In this document: piece after piece, positions 53,678-64,000 of the stretch | Position numbering within the stretch: position 1 is the first letter of the stretch | How the letters are laid out: each line of letters begins with the position of its first letter | DNA from: Conger conger | Lineage: Eukaryota | Length of the DNA: 64,000 bases | Direction of reading: 5' to 3' | NCBI RefSeq assembly: GCF_963514075.1 | Contig: NC_083761.1 | Coordinates: 49,797,777 to 49,861,776 of the forward strand | Program-made: the position numbers and the translations under genes | Notes under the pieces: generated by a model | The model's database searches: none | Told to the model about the DNA's origin: nothing | What the model saw: the letters and a program-made list of their open reading frames with translations, nothing else

Positions 53678-53924
53678 TGTTCTCCATCTTCTCATTGACA
53701 ACAACCACTTCCCCTTTGGGTGAGACCACTTCAGATGCAGTCTGTTCGGCAGGAAGAAGAACCTGGTGCTCCTCTGTCCCTGGGTGAGGTGTGCCAGGGC
53801 TGGGGCTGGATGCATCCTCGTGTTGTGCATTTCCCTCCTCTTGGTCTCGTGGTCCTTGTCCCTCCCCAGTGGAGACTGCACTGGGATTAAGGGTGGGCTG
53901 TGTGCCATTGGTGTTCGAAGCCAT
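53678..53924 (-). CDS. prrt2: prrt2-like first coding exon (putative): MASNTNGTQPTLNPSAVSTGEGQGPRDQEEGNAQHEDASSPSPGTPHPGTEEHQVLLPAEQTASEVVSPKGEVVVVNEKMEN(S)
   Basis: ATG in a good Kozak context (ccaccATGGc) at 53924. Donor 'A|GTAAAT' at 53677. Phase 1 joins in frame to exon 52770. Pro-rich and low-complexity, as in PRRT N-termini. No direct homology support. Confidence 0.45.
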
Positions 53925-54315
53925 GGTGGAAGCAAAGGTTCTGGCTTTTCCTCTGTAAATGGTTTGGTTTCTTCTGTTGCTGAACAGGAGCACATATCAA
54001 ACAAAGAAATAAAGTATAACAAAATAATATAGCTTAATATTAAGCATTTATTTATTGTATTCTTCATTTTTTGGTAACAGAAAAAGATAGGCCCATTGAA
54101 TTTACTGTATATAAATACGTATCCTCTACCACAGTGCCATTAGAGCAATGCCTCACCTGGGCTTCACACCCATGACATTCTGGTCACAGTTGTGGTGCTC
54201 TGATATTTATCGTGGCTATTCAATCTCGCATTCACATAATTGTGTAGAAAAGGAGCATTTCATTATTAGAAGAGCGTACAGTGATCGCGTAATTGTAATG
54301 CAATATGCATATTGC

Positions 54316-54318
<3 letters not shown>

Positions 54319-54349
<31 letters not shown>
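54319..54349. repeat. (GA)n microsatellite
   Basis: Seen directly in the sequence. Confidence 0.95.
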
Positions 54350-54351
<2 letters not shown>

Positions 54352-55164
54352 ACAGGGTGTGTGCCATTGTGATGAAAATAGCTTAAAATAATAATAATCC
54401 TGTAACCATACAGCTAACGTGTAAATAAACTCCCATTCCGTTCAAAAGAGCTGCATTCGTTAAAGAACACAGCGTGTGTCTGTCATTTACACAGATCATT
54501 TACACAGATACATGCAAACTACAATTAAACCATTCAAAACAAGATAACACACACGCAGGTAGTGACACACCCACATTTGACACACGCGTTTTAACTTGCA
54601 GAACAAAATGTTTTTCAAATAAACCTCCAAAGATCTACACAACCTACCTTATTCTATGAATGCCAATCCTGAAAACATCCGAATAGAGTCAAATGCCAGA
54701 CACCTGAAAGCATCTCAAAAGGCAGTAAACGAATCCAAAACTAATTTAGGAAAAATAAAAAACTTGTTTCAAAAATCGCAATATAAAATAAAGACCAGCT
54801 ATCTGGACGTCCCCATATAAGCTACACAATATCAGAATTCTCTTTGTTCATAGCCGATCCACACGACGCGTAGGAAAGCGCTTTCCCTTTCTTTACCACT
54901 GTGTTGCTGTGGTAAGGGCGTGAGTGGAAAGGGAGGGGGAACACGAAAGAAAGAAAGGAGGGTGATTCTAAATTAATTTGACGTGGAGACGGGGTAGGTG
55001 AGGTAGTGGCTGCAGTGAGATGAGCGATTTTTCACAGGGTCTTTCTTTTGCTGATACAGCAGGGACATCCTTCTGCCTTGTTTCTCGGAGCTGCCGCGAG
55101 GTTTGCTGCCATCGAAATCGCTCTGCATCCCCACTTTTCATGCCACACACTGCATCATGCTCCC

Positions 55165-55192
55165 GTTCAGAATAAATAAATAAATAAATAAA
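55165..55192. repeat. (TAAA)n microsatellite
   Basis: Seen directly in the sequence. Confidence 0.9.
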
Positions 55193-56257
55193 TAACCGTA
55201 AAAGTTTTGTTGAACCAGGGCGTTCCTTAGTCTGCACATATATGCTATCACTTACCTGTTTAAGGGATTAAATACCTAGTTTTATTCCAACAAAATAATT
55301 GGTCATGCACGCAGTGTTTCGAATCATGCGTAGGCTACATAGCTCGGCAATCGACTGTTGTCCACACAGGTAAGCAGCCGAGCTACTATATGTGTGGACG
55401 CTTTTGGTCTGTCCACTGGCATATTACGCACATTACTAACATTTGGAATTATCCCACTTACTACGCACGTGGACCTACACCCGAGCAGGGGATGGTTTTC
55501 AGTTATATTAAAACCATGACAGATATACCATAATTTAACGCCGCCGTATGGACAGCAACCGTCTCCACACATGACAGCAAAACAGGTGTTGACAGGAACA
55601 TAGCCTAGGCTACTTGGAGTTTCTAGTTGTCCGTTATAGTTACGGTAATAACAAATATAGCATAAAAAGCACAATAGATGTCAATTATAGATATAAATAT
55701 CACTTATTTTTACATTAGATATTGCATACCATCTGGGTATGCAGGAAAATTACATCATCGCCTGGACTTATACGGGGCTACTCTGATTCACAAAAAGTAC
55801 CACAATGATACTTTCACGTAAAAACAATTACACTAATTGGGTAATTATTTGATTTGTGTTGCAAACAATGTCCGACCAATTTGTGTTGTGTTGCCCATGG
55901 TGCTACCATCAACATACAGGAAATAAATGACATTAAACATTCGATCACTATATGCATTTCTTTTACTTTTCCTCACAATAGAGATTGTGAAGGTAACGTG
56001 AATGATTTTAACGAATTTTAAAAGGGGATAAAAAAAAAAAAAGAGAAATCATTAAGCTCTCTAATTTGTGGAAGAATAGTAGTACCATGTTACCCAATGA
56101 AAGACAATACATTTTTAATACAAATCTCTTTCTCAGCTGGTTTGCAAAGGTTAACAAAGAATCACTCAATCAGGGCAGCGGATAAATTTGTATTTATTAT
56201 GCATTCAAATAAATTATTTCCACTACTAGGTCAGCTTGTTGACATGAGCCAGTATAG

Positions 56258-56460
56258 AAGCGACAATGGCTCAGGTGGTAAGAGCAGTTGCCTGGCAGTC
56301 GGAGGGTTGCTGGTTCAAATCCCCAATACCCCCAAATGCTCCTGATGAGCTGGTTGGTACCTTGCATGGCAGCCAATCGCTGTTGGTGTGAGTGGGTGAA
56401 TGAGAAGCATCAATAGTACAGTGCTTTGGATAAAGGCGCCATCTAAAATCCAACCATTTA
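56258..56460 (+). repeat. tRNA-derived SINE (family B) copy
   Basis: 'ggctcaggtggtaagagcagttgcctggcagtcggagggttgctggttcaaatcc...gtgaatgagaagcatcaatagtacagtgctttggataaaggcgcc' aligns with 2676-2925. Confidence 0.8.
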
Positions 56461-57329
56461 GAACACATTTCTTGGCTAAATGGCTTCAAGACATCAAGGG
56501 TCCAAGGTATCAAATGAGCCTCATGCTGTTGTCAGATATGGATGGACATGGATTGTTTCTCCGGAATCATTTTTCCATTGGGTTCAGTCGGACAATTATT
56601 CAGAATTCTGGCCCACTATGTAAACAACAAGGACCGTGGCTGTGATGTCTTCCACCATTCCAGAGTACCCTGGCCTCTGCCACAAGGTCCCTCAATCTCA
56701 TCGCCCCACCAGAGGACTTAAAAAAATCAGGGGCAATGGAAATCCTGTGTGTGGTGTGCACTTGTAAGTCGCTTGCACTTGTAAATCGCTTTGGATTAAA
56801 AGCGTCTGCTTATTTATTAAACCAGACATAAATGGGAACCAGGGGCCTCATTTATAAACGTTGCGTAGGCACAAAAGAATGCGTACGCCACTTTCTAAGC
56901 AAACTTTGGCATTTATAAAAAACGAACTTGACGGGAAAATGTGCGGTCCTCCACGGAAACTCTGACCCATGCGTACGTACATTAACTGGAGAAATGAGAA
57001 ACTGTGCCTTTAATGCTCGTGACGTAAGACCAGGAAAATGGGAAGTGAAACAGGATTTTAAAAGGTATAAAGATTTGCCGGGAGTTGTGGCTGGGTATGG
57101 CTGCTGTAAGGACGTGCTTCGTCCCTGTTATACTTATTAAAGTGTTGTGTTGTTGAATCTCGCTATACGGGTTCTCTCCCTTCCTAAGTGCAACACATTT
57201 GGCGACGAGAGAAGTCGCCAAAGAATGATATACAACAGATACCACTGTGTAAAATAAATCGAAATTGATTGTTGTTGATTGTACTCTTAAAGGGTTCTGA
57301 TTTTCTGCATGTTTACACTAGGACTCGGA

Positions 57330-57452
57330 ACTATACTGTCCTCTCAGGTCCTCTTTGCACTTGTTCTTGTGTTTAATTTGCACTTTGTTGTACGTCGCTC
57401 TGGATAAGAGCGTCTGTTAAATGCCATGTAATGTAATGTAATGTAATGAAAT
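57330..57452 (+). repeat. SINE family C tail fragment ending in (taatg)n-like 'atgtaatgtaatgtaatgtaatg'
   Basis: '...gcactttgttgtacgtcgctctggataagagcgtctgttaaatgccatgtaatgtaatg...'. Confidence 0.7.
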
Positions 57453-57848
57453 ATTACCTCTCACGTATCATATACGAAGAGTTAATTTGCAAAAACGGAT
57501 AAAAGCCTCTCTTACAACGAATAAACAAACACCTGTTTGATTGATGCTCCCTGGAGTGCCTAAAAAATATGATTTAGGATAAATATAAACGGAGATGTTG
57601 TAAAATAATCCCTCAAATATGTAGACGAAAATAGAGAAAATATCCAGAACTCCTGACAAATGAACAGGTCCAATTTCTACAAAAAGAGTTTTATTTTAAA
57701 ATGTTAAAAGCAAGTGATTAAAAAAAAAAAACGTAAAATACTGCAGTAGAACACAGCATACATTTGTCACAAGAGTCAAACAATGGGCCCCACTCAAGTA
57801 CTACTGGGTTAGTTGGCCAATATTACATGGGTACAACTAAAAGGTTCT

Positions 57849-57916
57849 CCCCACACCCACACCCACACCCACACCCACACCCACACCCACACCCACACCC
57901 ACACCCACACCCACAC
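57849..57916. repeat. (CCCACA)n hexanucleotide microsatellite, about 11 units, lying in the kif22-like 3' UTR a few bp downstream of its stop codon
   Basis: Seen directly in the sequence. Confidence 0.95.
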
Positions 57917-57922
57917 ACTCTC

Positions 57923-57952
57923 TCATTTGACTATTGTACTCAGAATGTTAGC
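57923..57952 (-). CDS. kif22: kif22-like terminal coding exon: ANILSTIVK*, with TGA stop at 57923-57925
   Basis: Acceptor 'tccttccttacag|GCTAAC'. Continues the KIF22 C-terminus (…SFLKANIL…). Confidence 0.6.
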   Translation of the reverse strand, partial: ANILSTIVK

Positions 57953-58078
57953 CTGTAAGGAAGGAAGGAAGAAAAAAATTAGAATGACATGAAGTACTTT
58001 CATCAAACTTCCTTGATATTTAACATTTATCAGTCAATTTAAAATAAAGCAACCCAAACATTGACCTCCTTGCCTTAC

Positions 58079-58138
58079 CTTGATGAAGGAAGAGAAACGT
58101 TTGACTGTGATTCCTTCAATCTTCTGCAAGTCCTCCAC
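58079..58138 (-). CDS. kif22: kif22-like coding exon: VEDLQKIEGITVKRFSSFIK (second half of the helix-hairpin-helix DNA-binding domain)
   Basis: Acceptor 'ctctactag|GTGGAG' and donor 'AAG|GTAAGG'. Matches the KIF22 motif VEDLE.VEGITGKQMESFLK. Confidence 0.75.
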
Positions 58139-58219
58139 CTAGTAGAGAGGAGTCTTTAGTTAAAGCACGGTCAATAGAGTCTTTTCTAATCAGACAGTGA
58201 AGGCACAGCAGGAGGGTAC

Positions 58220-58438
58220 CTGTGAGAACTGGCCGTGGACCTCTCTCCAGCCCATGATAAGCTTGGCCTTCTTGTCTCCAATGAGTTGTAATGTCTTCAG
58301 GTCCTTCAAGGTGCCAGAGTTGAGGATTTGAAGAATTTTCTCTTTGGACTTTACCAGGACAGATGTGTCCAGATGGGACTCCCAATCAGATTCAGGTACA
58401 GACAATTCCTTAACCAGGTTCTCTTTGCCTTCCACAAC
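58220..58438 (-). CDS. kif22: kif22-like coding exon: VVEGKENLVKELSVPESDWESHLDTSVLVKSKEKILQILNSGTLKDLKTLQLIGDKKAKLIMGWREVHGQFSQ (HhH domain, first half)
   Basis: Acceptor 'ctcactcttag|GTTGTG' and donor 'CAG|GTACCC'. Matches the KIF22 C-terminal motif …[39 protein letters not shown]. Confidence 0.75.
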
Positions 58439-59956
58439 CTAAGAGTGAGGGGGCATGAGTCAGGTTCAGAATGAGTAATGCTGACAGTTGTCATTCAGTG
58501 TACAGCAGATGAGAATAGTTGACAGTGCTTATGTACATTTCCACAAACATTTGATAGAATTTAGAATTTTGGCAGGGTTTTGCGTGACCACACAAAAAGA
58601 ATGTAAACAGAAGCAATGCAAGTGCAACAAAAATATCAGTTAAATGAGGAATGGCCAATTGAACTTTAATTTGTCGTCATGGATAATGTGGTTACAATAA
58701 GAAACTGCCATTTCAAAAAGTTTTGTTTGAATTATGACCGTGTTGTGTCATAGAGGACAACACAATGGATATGGAATGGACTTTGCTTTTACATTTTTTT
58801 AATTGTTGGAAAGTGCCTACATTAACCTGAAAACGAAGATTCAAAACTAGCTTTTGCATTTTCCATTTGAATTGTCATGGTTTTTTCACACAACCAATGA
58901 AAGAAAATGTAATTGCAGATTTGCATTTTCATTTGAATTTTAGCATGAATATGCTTCCAATTGTTTAAAGGATCTCTGTAAAAGCGGACTGCCAGCAGAA
59001 ATAAAAGCACCTTATAACTGGATCTAGTATATAGTGTTTTCCTGACAGGATTGCCCGCTTATTACAACAGGGTGATTTTTTTCCCTTTTCAACCCAACGG
59101 TGTGCAACGCTTTTTTAATGAAATCAGTTTAATTCAAAACAAACACTCAATATTTATTTTATGGATTTTGAAACTACAAGGTCTTACAGCACAAGCAACC
59201 ACTCAAATTTCATACTAGTCTGTGTGCAGACAACCAGTTGAGTTAGTCTGGAGCTCTGCCAAATGAATTCTGCCACACTAACCAGTGTGGCTAGGTCTGC
59301 TATACTAGGTGATTAGACCAAGCTATACTTGGCTAAACTAGACATTTTGGGCTTAACCACATTCCCACAGAAGGAACAGAGGTCTCTAGGATATTCAATG
59401 AAAATACTGATGTGGTAAGTTTGTTGCATATTAATCGAGTGCACGTTTTTTGGGACTGGACAGACATTTGCAGAGTGATGAATGGCAATGAGACCACATG
59501 ACCCTGAAGTTGACATGCCTTTTATGCTAAATCCTAAATCAACATGAACAGATACACACATTTAAAATTTACAACATTACAAAAGCTGGCAATCGTCATC
59601 AGATTGAATCTTGAATCCCACTCACAAAAGAAAGAAGAATTTAAGAAAGGTTTTCTGAATGAGGCCCATTCAGTCCAGATTAGATTCTTCTTTGCAATTG
59701 GCCAGGCCACAACTACAACAGAACAGAGCCCAAATGAAATTAAAGTGAGCCAAGGCAAGGCCTGACCTGAGGGTTCTGCTTCTGTTTCATGCTGGGACAG
59801 AGGGACGGTTTAAAGACCACAGCACACTGCTGAATTGGCTGAACCACGGACACTGAAAGTGAGAGAAAGGGAAAGATGCAGCGTTGGAAACTTTAGGCGC
59901 GACAGAATTACAAATGCATGCATTAAGGAATAACACTACATCTTGTGTAGTGGCAA

Positions 59957-61678
59957 CTACAGGGGTGTGAAAGTGTTTGCCGCCCCCCCCCTTCCTGATT
60001 TCTTATTTTTTTTTTGCATGTTTGTCACACTTAAATGTTTCAGATCAAACAAATTTAAATTAGTCAGACAACATTTGTATTATTAACCTCCTAAGACCTG
60101 GCGTACACATGCGTGGACTCCACATTATGGGCTGTACAACCATAATACTTAATTCTTAAGACCGAGAGTCCACATATGTGGACATCATTTTTCTCAAAAA
60201 CTACATCATGTCAAAAGATGATGCTTAGTTTTTATACTTATCAGGTCCCAATAAGCCCAAATAGCAAAGAGAAATTAAAAATGCATACCAAAAAAAGAGT
60301 GCGGGTCTTAGGAGGTTAAGGGAGAAACAAAATCCAAACCTACATGGCCCTGTGTGAAAAGGTGATTGCCCCCTAAACCTAATAACTGGTTGGGCCACCC
60401 TTAGCAGCAACAACTGCAATCAAGCGTTTGCGATAACTTGCAATGAATCTCTTACAGCGCTGTGGAGGAATTTTGGCCCACTCATCTTTGCAGAATTGTT
60501 GTAATTCAGCCACATTGGAGGGTTTTCGAGCATATACCGCCTTTTTAAGGTCATGCCACAGATCTCAATAGGATTCAGGTCAGGACTTTTACTAGGCCAC
60601 TTTTTCTTCAGCCATTCAGAGGTGGACTTGCGGGTGTGTTTTGGATCATTGTCCTGCTACAGAACCCAAGTTCGTTTCAGCTTGAGGTCACGAACAGATG
60701 GCCGGACATTCTCCTTCAGGATTATTTGGTAGACAGCAGAATTCATGGTTCCATTTATCACAGCAAGTCTTCCAGGTCCTGAAGCAGCAAAACAGCCCCA
60801 GACCATCACACTACCACCACCATATTTTACTTACTTATGTTACTTTTACGCCAGATGTAATGGGACACACCTTCCAAAAAGTTCAACTTTTGTCTCGTCA
60901 GACCACAGAGTATTTTTCCAAAAGTCTTGGGGAACATCAAGATGTTTTCTGGCAAAATTGAGACGAGCCTTAATGTTCTTTTTGCTCAGTAGTGGTTTTC
61001 GCCTTGGAACTCTGCCATGCAGGCCATTTTTGCCCAGTCTCTTTCTTATGGTGGAGTCATGAACACTGACCTTAACTGAGGCAAGTGAGGCCTGCAGTTC
61101 TTTGGATGTTGTTGTGCGGTCTTTTGTGACCTCTTGGATGAGTCGTCGCTGCGCTCTTGGGGTAATTTTGGTCGGCCGGCCACTCCTGGGAAGGTTCACC
61201 ACTGTTCCATGTTTTCGCCATTTGTGGATAATGGCTCTCACTGTGGTTCGCTGGAGTCCCAAAGCTTTAGAAATGGCTTTATAACCTTTTCCAGACAGAT
61301 AGATCTCAATTACTTTCTCATTTGTTCCCGAATTTCTTTAGATCTCGGCATGATGTCTAGCTTTTGAGGATCATTTGGTCCACTTCACTTTGTCAGGCAG
61401 GTCCTATTGAAGTGATTTCTTGATTGAGAACAGGTGTGGCAGTGTGCCACAGTTAAGTTTTAACAGGGGGGGGCAATCACTTTTTCACACAGGGCCATGT
61501 AGGTTTGGATTTTTTTTTCTCCCTTAATAAAAACCTTCATTTAACTGCATTTTGTGTTTACTTGTGTTGTCTGACTAATATTTAAATTTGTTTGATGATC
61601 TGAAACATTTAAGTGTGACAAACATGCAAAAAAAATAAGAAATCAGGAAGGGGGCAAACACTTTCACACCACTGTATA
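59957..61678 (-). mobile_element. Tc1-family DNA transposon, near full length, with terminal inverted repeats (TAcaggggtgtgaaagtgtttgcc … ggcaaacactttcacaccactgTA). The transposase gene on the - strand is interrupted by frameshifts (N-terminal 138-aa ORF 60846-61262).
   Basis: Inverted termini seen at 59958-59985 and 61655-61678. The ORF encodes the Tc1 HTH region (…RSGRPTKITPRAQRRLIQEVTKDRTTTSKELQASL…KHLDVPQDFWKNTLWSDETKVELFG…). The downstream DDE region is in other frames. Confidence 0.8.
60087..60315. mobile_element. piggyBac-like MITE of 229 bp with TIRs 'cctcctaagacc…ggtcttaggagg', flanked by a TTAA target-site duplication (60083-60086 and 60316-60319), inserted into the left TIR region of the Tc1 element
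   Basis: Comparison with the uninterrupted opposite Tc1 end (…ttattaagggagaaa…) shows that exactly TTAA is duplicated on both sides of the insertion. The insertion has perfect 12-bp inverted termini. Confidence 0.65.
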
Positions 61679-62066
61679 TCTTTCCATCAGTGACTTGATA
61701 TGCAATATGCATTAACTAAATGCTAAACATAGAAAATGGAGACACGATACTGTAATTTGTGAAACGTAAATGAGTTGACGGGGTTGTATACAAAGGCACA
61801 TGCATGATATGGAGGTAAAACATTTCTCATTCTGAAATTGTCCAGTTGACACAAACCCATTAAATACGCTTACAATAAACGAGTTCAAACTGCTGTGGCT
61901 TCAATGATCATAAATGGCACCAAACTATTCTATTCAGATCAGATAAAGTTGTTAGTATTGACTGTAAAGCTAGTGCTATGGGAGGGAGGTCACCACAAAA
62001 AACACGAAATTCAGAGTGCCGTACAGCAGAGAAGCACTGTAGAGTGACCGAGTTGGATTACACACC

Positions 62067-62291
62067 CTGTAGAGGCGACACCACTGCCTGTTGTCTCTTT
62101 GGCTTGGCAGCAGTTGATGGCTTCCTGTATAGGGGAGGCAAATTGGTGCGAAACATCCCTGTGTCCTTCAGGGCCTCCACACCCTTCTTGGAGTGTATTA
62201 CCACGTCTTGACCTTGTTCCTTTTGGTCCGCTGGGAATGGATTGCAAGCTTGTGCCTTCTTCTCCAGCTCCTTCTGTTTCTCTTTAAGTTT
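62067..62291 (-). CDS. kif22: kif22-like coding exon: KLKEKQKELEKKAQACNPFPADQKEQGQDVVIHSKKGVEALKDTGMFRTNLPPLYRKPSTAAKPKRQQAVVSPLQ (coiled-coil tail)
   Basis: Acceptor 'ctgtctctgcag|AAACTT' and donor 'CAG|GTGTGT'. Collinear with human KIF22 …LKTKQKELEAKMLAQ…AKPLKKAVVMPLQ. Confidence 0.65.
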
Positions 62292-62541
62292 CTGCAGAGA
62301 CAGTGCCATGATTTTGACGACAGCATTTTAAAGGTGACCGTGAGAACATCCGTTGATAGACTGGAGACAAAATTATACTTCGGCATGCACTACATTTTGC
62401 AATTTGCTTTAATTTTAGAACTGGTAATGGTTAAAAAAAAAAAAAAGATTTATCACAGAAGTCACAGAAATGACAGAAAGTCCAAGTTCTCGCTTTGTTC
62501 CCATAGACTATGCATGCAGTATGTATACTTTATTACTGTAC

Positions 62542-62662
62542 CTGAATCTCTTTGCGGGACTGGGCAACAGTCTTCAGCAAGTTGAGTCTCTCTCTCTCTG
62601 GGGATCCCATCATCATCTTCTCCAGTGCTAGCAGCCTGCTCAATACTGAGGAGCCAGCAGGG
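62542..62662 (-). CDS. kif22: kif22-like coding exon: (S)PAGSSVLSRLLALEKMMMGSPERERLNLLKTVAQSRKEIQ
   Basis: Acceptor 'ctctcccttag|C' (phase 2) and donor 'CAG|GTACAG'. Matches KIF22 …[24 protein letters not shown]. Confidence 0.6.
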
Positions 62663-62904
62663 CTAAGGGAGAGAGGGGAGTGGTCATTACAGAGCGCACA
62701 CGACAAATTACTGCACAATACAGCACATGGATGCAAAAGTTTTAATGATGGCCATCTCTCCTCCCACAGTGCTGGATCAAAAACGACAGAGCCAGGACTG
62801 AGGAGTAGGGACACTGCTTTCTGGCAGCAGAAGCTACGTGTGGCCACAACCTTGTAGTGACAGAAGAGGGCGACACACATTACATGGACTGTGTTCCAGT
62901 TCAG

Positions 62905-63300
62905 AAAGACTGCAAAATTAATTAATTAATTCATTCATTCTCCTAACCCGCTTATCCTAAACAGGGCCGCAGGGGGGCTGGAGCCTATCCCAGCATACAT
63001 TGGGTGAAAGGCAGGAATACACCCTGGACAGGTCGCCAGTCCATTGCAGGGCACACACACCATTCACTCACACACTCATACCTATGGGCAATTTAGACTC
63101 TCCAATCAGCCTAACCTGCATGTCTTTGGACTGTGGGAGGAAACCGGAGTACCTGGAGGAAACCCACGCAGACACGGGGAGAACATGCAAACTCCACAAA
63201 GAGAGGCCCTGGCCGACAGGGATTCGAACCCAGCACCTCCTTGCTGTGAGACGTCAGTGCTACCGACTGCACCATCCGTGCCGCCCGACTGCAAAATTGA
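62905..63300 (-). repeat. tRNA-derived SINE (family A), full-length copy including the 3' tail ('…ggataagcgggttaggagaatgaatgaattaattaa' on the - strand)
   Basis: 63036-63295 is about 95% identical to 1-240. The tail at 62905-63035 is the reverse complement of the typical family-A 3' region '…gccctgcgatgggctggcgacctgtccagggtgtattcctgcctttcacccaatgtatgctgggataggctccagc…'. Confidence 0.85.
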
Positions 63301-63777
63301 CCAGGGGAAATAAAGTACTCCGTGTGGAAGAGTAGGGGTGTCCAAATCCGATAACATTCAATACTGGCCAATAGCAATACTCATGTTTCTTGTCTTTTAA
63401 AAATTATTCAACAGCTAGCCTACAAACAAATGCCCAGCTTGGCTTAAAAGCAGTGCCACAATTCTAAGGCAGCAAGCAAGATAGGTCTAAGCTTAAGCAA
63501 CTGGTTTCATAAACAGCATCATTTGCAGTGGAGAATACAGTGCTTGTTCTGGAGCGACGGGGCATTCTGAAAACTGAAAGTACGGAGAAGCTTCGCTACC
63601 GGCCAGAATTCATATGCATCTTATAGCGTCAGAGAGGATCAGGTTCAGATTAGCGCGCATCCCTGCTGATACCCGGTCATTCAAATACGATGGTATCGGG
63701 AGCGGATACCGATCCTTTGATCGGATCAGTGTATCCCTATAAAAGACTGCAGTGAATGTGAAAGAAGAGACTTATAC

Positions 63778-63901
63778 CTGTGTGGCTGTGCAGGCTCAGA
63801 GCTTTCCTCTTGTTCTTCAGGCTGCTTCTCCTTGAACCTCTTCTTCTGGGGCTGAGTTGCTGCTTCATGACCCTGTTCCTGCCTGCCTCTCTTCCCGGAT
63901 A
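63778..63901 (-). CDS. kif22: Possible further upstream kif22-like coding exon: …SGKRGRQEQGHEAATQPQKKRFKEKQPEEQEESSEPAQPH(S)
   Basis: An open frame bounded by the acceptor 'tgtatcttag|TA' and the donor 'CACAG|GTATAAG'. The phase joins exon 62662. No direct homology support beyond its lysine/glutamate-rich character. Confidence 0.35.
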
Positions 63902-64000
63902 CTAAGATACAACACAGCGTCTAGCCGGTTAACCAACTTCATTATGGTCTCATACAGAATTCTTAAGAGACAATGAGGGGTAACAGTTATTTAATTTGGG

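Noticed and set aside
54968-55237. 89-aa ORF on the - strand upstream of prrt2-like exon 1, possibly a 5' exon
   Set aside because: No splice-compatible boundaries or homology were found. It more likely lies in the 5' UTR or promoter region, which the sequence alone cannot confirm.
54100-57900. Search for a MAZ-like C2H2 zinc-finger exon between prrt2-like and kif22-like, as expected from human gene order
   Set aside because: No C2H2 finger-encoding ORF or Ala/Gly-rich coding segment was found on either strand. The region contains only SINE copies, microsatellites and non-coding sequence.

Overview
This is vertebrate (teleost fish) nuclear DNA, about 38% GC and rich in interspersed repeats; nothing in it looks prokaryotic. 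Three conserved host genes sit at the edges of the window. The 3' half of a double-C2-domain gene (doc2a-like) lies on the + strand at 1.5-8.7 kb, with six coding exons and the stop codon. On the - strand, near the 3' end of the window, are a CD225/dispanin gene (prrt2-like, 52.1-53.9 kb) and the 3' part of a kinesin gene (kif22-like, 57.9-63.9 kb); the kif22-like gene has a C-terminal helix-hairpin-helix domain. These three genes are neighbours in human 16p11.2, so the window looks like a conserved synteny block. Between them is about 40 kb of accessory, transposon-rich DNA. It holds two FiNZ-type C2H2 zinc-finger genes (both - strand; each has a FiNZ N-terminal exon plus a zinc-finger exon). 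Between them lies a nearly intact Penelope-like retroelement (PLE) with RT and GIY-YIG ORFs, flanked by direct terminal repeats that each carry a hammerhead-ribozyme core motif. Other repeats are three tRNA-derived SINE families (a 95%-identical pair of one family sits at the two window ends), several Tc1/mariner copies and MITEs, an L2/Rex-like LINE fragment, and microsatellites and minisatellites. A roughly 230-bp piggyBac-like MITE with a TTAA duplication is nested inside the terminal inverted repeat of a Tc1 element. A further TIR-MITE family has at least three copies, one interrupted by a foldback insertion. There are no rRNA genes, no genuine tRNA genes and no CRISPR arrays. Coordinates were derived by hand from the printed sequence; splice sites rest on GT/AG placement plus protein homology recalled from memory, so most boundaries should be treated as accurate to a few nucleotides.
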